Source: Bacilli bacterium (lineage in GTDB: Bacteria; Bacillota_I; Bacilli_A; RF39; UBA660). Taken from it: a DNA stretch of 51,962 nt. The notes under the pieces were generated by a model that was not told the DNA's origin, made no database searches, and saw nothing but the letters and a program-made list of their open reading frames with translations. The stretch lies in NCBI GenBank assembly GCA_045535005.1, contig JAZSKU010000113.1, forward strand, positions 1 through 51,962. The letters run 5' to 3'. The translations under genes and the position numbers were made by a program. Shown here piece after piece: positions 45,232 to 51,962 of the stretch (positions are counted from its first letter, which is position 1; each line of letters opens with the position of its first letter).

Positions 45232-45747
45232 TTATTTTACATATTTAATTCTTGTGATAGGCCAAATTCTTATATTAACTTTACCTAAAATATCATTTTT
45301 ATCTATAAAGCCAAACTCTCTACTATCAAGTGAATTATTTCTATTATCTCCAAGTACTAAGTATTTATCTTCTGGTATTTCATCGAATATAATGTCTTCT
45401 GTTATTTGTTCTTTTGTTAAGAATGTTTCTTCTATATATTCTCCATTTATATATAATTTATTATCTTTATACTCTACTTTTTCTCCTGGTAAACCAATAA
45501 CTCTTTTGATTAAATATTTAGTATCTTCATATTCAAATGATATTATATCGAATCTCTTAACATCAAATAATCTATAATGAAATTTATTTAATAATAATAT
45601 ATCTTGATTTTCTAATGTTGGACTCATAGATGGACCAACTACTTGTTCTAATGTTACAACATATACTATTATGAATAACATTACTACTATAGTAAGTATA
45701 TATTTAAATGAATCTATACAAAATTCTTTTACATCTCTTAAATCCAT
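45232..45747 (-). CDS. Type I signal peptidase (S26 family), element-encoded
   Basis: 171 aa. TM anchor, catalytic Ser box GPSMSPTL, Lys box KRVIGLPGE, and GDNRNNSLDSR. Confidence 0.85.
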   Translation of the reverse strand: MDLRDVKEFCIDSFKYILTIVVMLFIIVYVVTLEQVVGPSMSPTLENQDILLLNKFHYRLFDVKRFDIISFEYEDTKYLIKRVIGLPGEKVEYKDNKLYINGEYIEETFLTKEQITEDIIFDEIPEDKYLVLGDNRNNSLDSREFGFIDKNDILGKVNIRIWPITRIKYVK

Positions 45748-45839
45748 ATGTATTCTCCTATTAACAATACAATATTAACATAAGTAAATTAAATTTTAAA
45801 GTTATTTTACGTTTTAAATTAGAATTTTACTTATGTTCT

Positions 45840-45875
45840 TATTTATATGTAAATTAATCCTGGGTTTGTGACACT
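45840..45875. other. attR junction (element | host PBP), core TAA at 45855..45857
   Basis: TTATATGTAAAT-TAA-TCCTGGGTTTGTGACAC. The PBP frame resumes as (AA)T CCT GGG TTT GTG = N P G F V. Confidence 0.6.
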
Positions 45876-46701
45876 TGGTCTTAAACTGGGTAAAGAAAGA
45901 TTATTTGAGTATATTAAAAAGTTTGGTTTTGGAAGTAAAACTAATATTGATTTAAATGGTGAAAGTAAAGGTATTTTATTCAATATTAATAATATTGGTT
46001 TACTTGAACTTGCCACTACTGCTTTTGGTCAGGGGGTTAGTGTTACACCTATTCAACAAGTTAATGCTGTTAGTGCAATTATTAATAATGGGAATCTTTA
46101 TAAACCATATGTTGTATCTAGTACTTCTGATAAAATATTTAGTCCTACTTTAATTAATTCAAATATAATTTCATCTGAAACTAGTTCTTTAGTTAGATAT
46201 GCACTTGAAAGTGTTGTTGCTAATGGAAGTGGTCGTAATGCTTATATTGAAAACTATAGAGTTGGTGGTAAAACTGGTACTGCTCAAAAAGTTGGTAGTG
46301 ATGGAAGATATATGGAAAATAATTATATTCTTTCTTTTATTGGGTTTTTACCTGCTGATGATCCTTTATACACTGTTTATATTGCTATTGATAATGCTAA
46401 AGGAGTTACTCAATATGGTGGTGTTGTAAGTGCTCCTATTGCTAAAAATGTTATGGAAGATATTATATCTATTTATGATATTAAAAGTGATAGTGATGGA
46501 ATACCAAAATCTTATAAATGGGATGATATTAAATATATAACTATTCCTAATTTAATTGGTATGACTAAAAAGGAAGTAAGACGTGCTTTAAATGGTTTTG
46601 AAATAATATTTATAGGTTCTGGTGACAAAGTAATTGATAGTCAACCAAGTTCATTATCTCGTGTTAAGGAAGGTAGCACTATTAGAATTATGTTAAATTG
46701 A
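45856..46701 (+). CDS. Class B penicillin-binding protein (SpoVD/PBP2B-like), C-terminal fragment with no start of its own
   Basis: NPGFVTLGLKLGKERLFEYIKKFGFGSKTNIDLNGE..., TTAFGQGVSVTPIQQ, the KTG motif (VGGKTGTAQK), and a single C-terminal PASTA domain (IPNLIGMTKKEVRRALNG...GSTIRIML). The GTG at 45868 used by the track is internal. Confidence 0.85.
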   Translation, partial: NPGFVTLGLKLGKERLFEYIKKFGFGSKTNIDLNGESKGILFNINNIGLLELATTAFGQGVSVTPIQQVNAVSAIINNGNLYKPYVVSSTSDKIFSPTLINSNIISSETSSLVRYALESVVANGSGRNAYIENYRVGGKTGTAQKVGSDGRYMENNYILSFIGFLPADDPLYTVYIAIDNAKGVTQYGGVVSAPIAKNVMEDIISIYDIKSDSDGIPKSYKWDDIKYITIPNLIGMTKKEVRRALNGFEIIFIGSGDKVIDSQPSSLSRVKEGSTIRIMLN

Positions 46702-46752
46702 CTAAATACTCTTTCTTTGCTATAATATGGGCGTTTTAAAGGGGTTTATAGT

Positions 46753-47586
46753 ATGAAAAAGATATATTTATCAGAAAGTGAAATTAGTTCGTTAGAATTC
46801 TTAAAATTAGATAATGGTATTATGTCTACTGAAGAAGATTTATATTTTTTTAAAGACAGTGTATTTAAAACATTGTTTCCTCTTGATACTGAAAAAGTTA
46901 ATCATAAGTTATATATATTAAGAAGTTTAGATGAAGTAAGAGATGTTTTTCCAAGTGAACTATGTATTCCCCACTCTTTAGTTTATTCAGGTGATGAAAT
47001 TAAAGGTTTTGCAATGGATAAAATAAGAGGTAAAAACTTAGAAACTATTTTAAGAGATGATAGTTTTCCTATTAAAGATAAAATAACTATTTTAAGAAAT
47101 ATTGGTATATTATTAAGTCGATTAGATAAAAGATTTTTTATAAATGACTTACATGCCTCTAATATATTAGTTACTCCTGATAATGGAATTAAAGTTATTG
47201 ATTTAGATAGTTCTAAAATTAATGATAGTGTATCTTTTCCATCTAGATATTTAACTCCATTTTCTTTAGTAAAAGATGTTGATAAATATAAAAAGAGTTC
47301 TAACAGATTTGGATATATTGAAGCTGATAGAAATTCTGATTATTATTGCTTTGCTATAATTATTCTTAATTTTATATTTGGTAAGAATATTAGTGGTATT
47401 AAAAGAAATGATTTTTATGAGATACTTAACTTTTTAGAAAGTTGTGGTATTCATAGAGATTTAATTTATTCATTTGATTTATTAATTAGTGAAAATGATA
47501 ATATTAATCCATATGAGTTATTATCATCTATTGATAGTAATATGATTAGTAAAGCAAGAACTTTAGAAATTAAGAGAAGTTACTAA
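46753..47586 (+). CDS. Protein-kinase-like fold protein (Kdo/RIO/Bud32-like mini-kinase), paralog 1
   Basis: 277 aa. The catalytic-loop-like segment is FFINDLHASNILVTPDNGIKVIDLDSS (D-x4-N, then a DLD metal-binding motif). A candidate ATP-binding Lys sits in SVFKTL. An AAAGGGG RBS and a TGCTATAAT promoter lie upstream. Confidence 0.55.
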   Translation: MKKIYLSESEISSLEFLKLDNGIMSTEEDLYFFKDSVFKTLFPLDTEKVNHKLYILRSLDEVRDVFPSELCIPHSLVYSGDEIKGFAMDKIRGKNLETILRDDSFPIKDKITILRNIGILLSRLDKRFFINDLHASNILVTPDNGIKVIDLDSSKINDSVSFPSRYLTPFSLVKDVDKYKKSSNRFGYIEADRNSDYYCFAIIILNFIFGKNISGIKRNDFYEILNFLESCGIHRDLIYSFDLLISENDNINPYELLSSIDSNMISKARTLEIKRSY

Positions 47587-47588
47587 AA

Positions 47589-47618
47589 ATAAAAACTACA
47601 ATGCAAATTGTAGTTTTA
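47589..47618. terminator. Bidirectional terminator between mini-kinase 1 and trpS
   Basis: AAAACTACAATgcaaATTGTAGTTTT, with A/T runs on both sides. Confidence 0.65.
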
Positions 47619-48599
47619 TTTTCTTACTAAACCAACTTTAGTTTTCATGATTTCTAGTTTTTCTTTAGCAATCTTTCTTGTTTTTTCTATTCCTTCATCA
47701 AGTATTCTATCTAATTCATCACTATTTAGTAATTCATTATATCTATCTTGTATTTCTTTAATAGCGTTACATACTATGTCTGCTACTTCGCGTTTAAATT
47801 CACCATAGTTTTTACCTACAAACATTGATTCTATTTCTTCATGTGTTTTTGTAGTTAATGCACTATATATATTTATTAAATTAGATATACCTGGTTTATT
47901 TTCAGGATCATATTTAATTAACATTTCAGAATCTGTTGTTGCTGACATGATTTTCTTTCTTGTAACTTCTACATCATCAAGCATAAGGATAACACCTTTT
48001 TTATTTTCAGCTGATTTTGACATTTTCTTTGTTGGGTCTTGAAGATCCATTATTTTAGTACCATTTTTAGCCATAACTGGTTCAGGTAACTTGAATGTTT
48101 CTCCATACTTTTTATTAAATCTTTCTGCGATGTTTCTAGCAAGTTCTACATGTTGTTTTTGATCTCCACCTACTGGAACATAATCAGCATCATATGTAAT
48201 TATATCTGCAGCCATAAGTACTGGATATGTTAATAATCCACTTGAGAAATTAACATTTTTTAAACTTTTATCTTTGAATTGAGTCATTCTTGATAACTCA
48301 CCAAAATATGTATTACATTCTAGGATCCATGAAATATTAGCGTGATATTCATTTTCTGATTGAATATAAATAGTATTCTTTTCAGGTAAAATACCACAAG
48401 CTAAATAAATAGCTATTAAACTTCTTATATTTTTCTTTAATTCTTCACTATCTTGTGGAACAGTTATTGCATGCATATCTGCTACAAAGATAAATGAATC
48501 ATAAATATTTTGATTTTCAACCATTTGTTTAATTGAACCAATATAATTTCCTAATGTAATTACACCTGTTGGTTGAAGACCAGTTAACATTCTTTTCAT
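47616..48599 (-). CDS. trpS: Tryptophanyl-tRNA synthetase
   Basis: 327 aa with TGLQPTGVITLGNYIGS (the HIGH-region equivalent in TrpRS) and KMSKS. Confidence 0.9.
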   Translation of the reverse strand: MKRMLTGLQPTGVITLGNYIGSIKQMVENQNIYDSFIFVADMHAITVPQDSEELKKNIRSLIAIYLACGILPEKNTIYIQSENEYHANISWILECNTYFGELSRMTQFKDKSLKNVNFSSGLLTYPVLMAADIITYDADYVPVGGDQKQHVELARNIAERFNKKYGETFKLPEPVMAKNGTKIMDLQDPTKKMSKSAENKKGVILMLDDVEVTRKKIMSATTDSEMLIKYDPENKPGISNLINIYSALTTKTHEEIESMFVGKNYGEFKREVADIVCNAIKEIQDRYNELLNSDELDRILDEGIEKTRKIAKEKLEIMKTKVGLVRK

Positions 48600-48722
48600 A
48601 ATATTTCACTTCCCTCTTCATGTATTATACTATAATAAATAAATTTTTTCATTATTTTTTATATTTTATTTGCATACTCAATTTAATTATTGTATTATAA
48701 AGATATTTTGTAGGTGGATAAT

Positions 48723-49469
48723 ATGAAACAACTTGTAATTGATGAATCTAAATTATATAAAAAACCTTTACTTATTGATACTGAACATCATGAGAGTGAT
48801 ATTTATATACATGATCAAAATACATTATATAAAGTATTACTTTCTAGTAGTAGAGTTTTAAGAGAACAATCTATTTATAGACTTAGTGAATACTCTAATC
48901 CTGATACTGTACTTCCAAGGGATTTACTATATAATGAAAACTATTGTTTTATTGGATACTCTATGGATTATTTAAGTGATTATAGTGTAAGTAAAGATGT
49001 TATATTTGGAGATATGTCTTTTGAAGATAGACAAAAGTTTGCATTTAAAGTAGCTAGTATAATCGAAGGATTTATGAATGATGGATTTATATATTGGGAT
49101 ATTCATTCAGAAAACATTATGTATAAAGGAAATGATATTAAGATTATAGATATGGATTCTATTAAATTTAGAGATGATTATTCTACTGAAGGATATAAAT
49201 ATGAACAAATGCGTGCTCATCAAAGTTTAACTCTTTTATGTTTATCATATATGGCTGGATTTGAATTTTTAGAGTTTCCTAAAGTACTTAATTATGAAGA
49301 ATTACAAAGATTATTTGGTCCTATGTTTGAAAATACTTATTTAGAAGATATGTTTGAAGATATATTTGATTATCCTGATAAGTTACTTAGACCTACTACA
49401 TTTATTATGGATTTAACTGAAGATGATTTAAGTCATTTCAAAAAGAATTTAATTAGAATACTTAAATAA
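48723..49469 (+). CDS. Protein-kinase-like fold protein, paralog 2
   Basis: An AGGTGG RBS lies 5 nt before the ATG at 48723. The sequence GFIYWDIHSENIMYKGNDIKIIDMDS has the same D-x4-N / (I)DxD layout as paralog 1. Confidence 0.5.
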   Translation: MKQLVIDESKLYKKPLLIDTEHHESDIYIHDQNTLYKVLLSSSRVLREQSIYRLSEYSNPDTVLPRDLLYNENYCFIGYSMDYLSDYSVSKDVIFGDMSFEDRQKFAFKVASIIEGFMNDGFIYWDIHSENIMYKGNDIKIIDMDSIKFRDDYSTEGYKYEQMRAHQSLTLLCLSYMAGFEFLEFPKVLNYEELQRLFGPMFENTYLEDMFEDIFDYPDKLLRPTTFIMDLTEDDLSHFKKNLIRILK

Positions 49470-49473
49470 TTTA

Positions 49474-49502
49474 TTTACAATCATTTGTTTGTATGTTATT
49501 AT
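49474..49502 (+). promoter_or_regulatory. lexA promoter with a candidate operator in the spacer
   Basis: TTTACA, 17 nt spacer, TATTAT. The spacer is ATCATTTGTTTGTATGT and contains TCATTTGTTTG. Confidence 0.5.
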
Positions 49503-49525
49503 TAAGTTAGTTAGGAAGTGATTAA

Positions 49526-50143
49526 ATGGAAAAGTTAACTGACAAACAAGAAAAGATATTAAATGTAATAAAGAAATTTATTGCTGAAAAAGGTTATGCT
49601 CCTACTATTAGAGAATTATGTAAGTTATGTAATTTAAGTAGTACTGCTACTATGTTTGTTCACTTAAAGAATTTAGCTAAGAAAGGTTACATTAATCAAA
49701 CTGAGAGTAAATTTAGAACTATTGAACTTAATGTTCCTAATGAATATAGTAAGCAAAATGAAAATGTTGTTAATGTTCCTTTAGTTGGTAAAGTTGCTGC
49801 TGGTAACCCTATTGAAGCTATTGAGAATCCTAATGAATATTTTGCATTACCTAAAGAATTAATTCCTGCTAATCACGATGTATTTACTTTAGAAGTTAAT
49901 GGTGAAAGTATGATTAATGTTGGTATTTACGATGGTGATATTGTTATTGTAAAGAAACAAAATACTGCTAACAATGGTGAAATTGTTGTAGCCATGACTG
50001 ATGAAAATGAAGTAACTTTAAAAAGATTTTATAAAGAAGCAACTCATATAAGATTACAACCTGAAAATGATTATTTAGAACCTATTATATTACAAAATTG
50101 TACTATACTTGGTAAGGCTGTTGGATTATATAGAAAGATATAA
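49526..50143 (+). CDS. lexA: LexA repressor
   Basis: 205 aa. N-terminal wHTH, Ala-Gly cleavage site (VGKVAAGNP), and the S24 peptidase Ser (GESM) and Lys (TLKRF). Confidence 0.9.
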   Translation: MEKLTDKQEKILNVIKKFIAEKGYAPTIRELCKLCNLSSTATMFVHLKNLAKKGYINQTESKFRTIELNVPNEYSKQNENVVNVPLVGKVAAGNPIEAIENPNEYFALPKELIPANHDVFTLEVNGESMINVGIYDGDIVIVKKQNTANNGEIVVAMTDENEVTLKRFYKEATHIRLQPENDYLEPIILQNCTILGKAVGLYRKI

Positions 50144-50170
50144 AAAAATCAAGCTTGTGCTTGATTTTTT
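50144..50170. terminator. Bidirectional terminator between lexA and the 162-aa ORF
   Basis: AAAAAATCAAGCttgtGCTTGATTTTTT. Confidence 0.65.
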
Positions 50171-50637
50171 AATTGTCTATGATATACATCTTTATTACCT
50201 AATTGATAATATTCTATATCATTATCTATTTGAGGAGCTATACCTCTAAATAAAGGTATTTCTTCTTCTGTTAATTTAAAACGTTGTACTAATCTTTGTA
50301 TTCTAAATATATTATTTGATGATAATACATCTTTGATTATTTCTTCTCTTGTAAGTACTTTTAATACTTTTATTTTAGTTGAAGCATACATATCATAATA
50401 TCCATAATATTCATCATTATACTCAACTATACTACCACTACCCTCTACTAAAGCTATTTCTAATTCATAATTAAATGAATCAAAATTTCTTAATGTATCT
50501 TCTGGTCTTAAACAAAAATGATATCCATTCATACTCCATTTTGCATTACCAGATAATGTGTATTCTTTATTTAATTCAAATGGTTCAGAAAAACTATTTT
50601 CTAAACCTTTTAAGAATACTTTATAACCTAAAATCAT
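50149..50637 (-). CDS. Hypothetical protein, translationally coupled to the rhomboid gene
   Basis: 162-aa ORF whose ATG overlaps the rhomboid stop (TAATG). Its N-terminal GYKVF...NGYHFC pattern resembles an uncharacterised domain seen in phage and Firmicutes proteins. No function can be assigned. Confidence 0.45.
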   Translation of the reverse strand: MILGYKVFLKGLENSFSEPFELNKEYTLSGNAKWSMNGYHFCLRPEDTLRNFDSFNYELEIALVEGSGSIVEYNDEYYGYYDMYASTKIKVLKVLTREEIIKDVLSSNNIFRIQRLVQRFKLTEEEIPLFRGIAPQIDNDIEYYQLGNKDVYHRQLKNQAQA

Positions 50638-51779
50638 TATTTAATAAATAACATATATAGTAGTGCTGCAGTCATTAAAATATATACAATTGCTCCGTTT
50701 ATTTGATCTGATTTTCTTCCTTTGTCACCTATTCCGATAGCCATTGCGATTAATATACCACCTATAAATCCACCAATGTGTCCCATAAGTCCAATTGTTG
50801 GAATAGCAAGACCTATTAAGAAGTTTACTACTAAAGTTGGTACTATTGAACTTCTTAAGAATCCTTGTAGTGTTGCTCTATAGTAATATGTAAAATATGC
50901 AATACTACCAAATAAACCAAATATTGCAGTTGATGAACCTAGTGAGTATCCTCCTGATACTAAGAATAGTGTTGAAAATATACTACCTAGTATTCCACTT
51001 AAGAAATATATTACTGCGAATTTAAAACTTCCATAATATCTTTCTACTTGAGGACCTAATGAATATAACGCACTCATATTAAACATTAAATGTATTACTC
51101 CACCATGTAAGAACATTGAAGTTATTAATCTATATATTTCACCATTTTGGAATGCTTCATAATCATTAACAAACATTGATGTAATGTTACCTGATGTATC
51201 AAATATTAATAAATATAACCATATAACTATATTTATTGCCATAAGAGCATAAGTAACAACTGGTTTTTTAGGACTAAATATTTTAGCTAATTTCTTTTCA
51301 TTTTTTATTGTTTTTTCATTCATATCTTCTGTTAATTTAAAGAATTCAACAGGATCTACTTTTTCATTTAATATAGCATCTTTTACTTTAGGAAAGAATT
51401 CCATAACTGTTTTATTCTTTTTGAAATCATTTAATTTATTTATTTTAACAGTTTCTATATTTTTGCTATTATTATCTATTACTTTAACACTATCTCCAGT
51501 ATCTAATAATAAGTTTAACATTGTCATATTAAGAGATAATGTACTCTTTTTAATACTTTTCATAATAGATGATGCTTTATGCATATCTACTTTTAATTGT
51601 TCTTCATTATGAATATAGTTAGTATTTATTCTTATAAGTTTTAAATCATTTTGCATGTTTTCTAACCATATTTCATTTTGAAGACCATTAATTATTACTG
51701 GTTTATAATCTTCTTCTGTTATGAAATAATGTAATATTTTTAATATAACATCATCTTTTTTATTTATTTTAATGTTCAT
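50637..51779 (-). CDS. Rhomboid family intramembrane serine protease (GluP/YqgP-like) with an N-terminal cytoplasmic domain
   Basis: 380 aa with HGGVIHLMFNM (H..HxxxN), catalytic GSSTAIFG (GxSxxxxG) and GHIGGFIGG (catalytic His). Confidence 0.8.
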   Translation of the reverse strand: MNIKINKKDDVILKILHYFITEEDYKPVIINGLQNEIWLENMQNDLKLIRINTNYIHNEEQLKVDMHKASSIMKSIKKSTLSLNMTMLNLLLDTGDSVKVIDNNSKNIETVKINKLNDFKKNKTVMEFFPKVKDAILNEKVDPVEFFKLTEDMNEKTIKNEKKLAKIFSPKKPVVTYALMAINIVIWLYLLIFDTSGNITSMFVNDYEAFQNGEIYRLITSMFLHGGVIHLMFNMSALYSLGPQVERYYGSFKFAVIYFLSGILGSIFSTLFLVSGGYSLGSSTAIFGLFGSIAYFTYYYRATLQGFLRSSIVPTLVVNFLIGLAIPTIGLMGHIGGFIGGILIAMAIGIGDKGRKSDQINGAIVYILMTAALLYMLFIK

Positions 51780-51834
51780 TATTATTCCCTTTCTTTAATA
51801 ATATTTTACTATTAAACATATAATTAGTAAAGAG

Positions 51835-51962
51835 GTGGTTTCCATAAAAAAGTATGTAAATGCTTATCTTTTATTTACTATAATATTGTTATTTTGGTTA
51901 GTTAGTAGTTTTTTATTTAAATGTGATGATTCTTTTTATAGTTTACTTGTTTTACCTAAGTT
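51835..51962 (+). CDS. Partial ORF, possibly a TspO/MBR-like membrane protein; start codon unclear, continues beyond the window
   Basis: The frame is open from 51802. An AGAGGTGG RBS precedes ...IKKYVNAYLLFTIILLFWLVSSFLFKCDDSFYSLLVLPK. There is no in-frame ATG, so a GTG (51835) or ATA (51844) start would be required. Confidence 0.3.
   Translation, partial: MVSIKKYVNAYLLFTIILLFWLVSSFLFKCDDSFYSLLVLPK

Larger units (their letters stand above)
36864..45857. mobile_element. ~9.0-kb large-serine-recombinase integrative element interrupting the PBP gene (skin-like gene-intervening element)
   Basis: The element sits between two halves of one PBP reading frame. The recombinase gene abuts attL. All four cargo genes are antiparallel to the host gene. 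The TAA core is shared at both junctions, and joining the flanks restores SCNPGF in frame. Confidence 0.8.

Noticed and set aside
45956-46429. Same-strand alternative-frame ORFs 45956..46153 and 46199..46429 inside the PBP C-terminal fragment.
   Set aside because: They are out of frame with a clearly conserved PBP sequence (KTG motif, PASTA domain). Their translations are Leu/Val/Met-rich nonsense.
48600-48713. A T-box leader upstream of trpS.
   Set aside because: The region is only ~114 bp long. It has no GGTGGTACC T-box sequence, no stem-I elements and no terminator.
1-51962. CRISPR arrays, rRNA genes, IS transposases and prophage structural genes.
   Set aside because: I saw no regularly spaced direct repeats, no rRNA-like conserved blocks, and no DDE transposase, integrase or capsid ORFs. 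The only recombinase is the large serine recombinase.

Overview
This is a very AT-rich (about 25-30% GC by eye) Firmicutes-type chromosomal segment, probably from the Erysipelotrichia/Clostridia group. Up to about 34.2 kb almost every gene lies on the minus strand and is housekeeping. That stretch holds an M16 peptidase pair, deoD, ftsK/spoIIIE, ezrA, a Y-family polymerase with a YolD-like gene, tRNA-Met, mtaB, rsmE and the infC-rpmI-rplT operon with its leader. It also holds two different prolyl-tRNA synthetases, an arginine deiminase cluster, pheST behind a T-box, and a type IV pilin gene next to a PilB-like ATPase gene.

The main finding is a spoVD-type class B penicillin-binding protein gene (35818..46701, + strand) that is cut inside its SxN active-site motif by an element of about 8,994 bp. 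The element encodes a large serine recombinase, a YokE-like PH-domain protein, a 2007-aa secreted Ig-repeat/beta-helix protein and its own type I signal peptidase. Joining the two flanks at a shared TAA core restores ...ENSC|NPGFV... in frame. This is the layout of skin-like gene-intervening elements.

Other observations:
- a candidate type I toxin-antitoxin locus beside a possible SOS regulatory region;
- an in-frame carbamate kinase-transporter fusion, with arcA present twice;
- ribosomal protein L20 with a SAP/HeH-like tail;
- two paralogous mini-kinase genes flanking trpS.

I saw no rRNA genes and no CRISPR array. All calls come from reading the sequence and recognising motifs; no database search was run.
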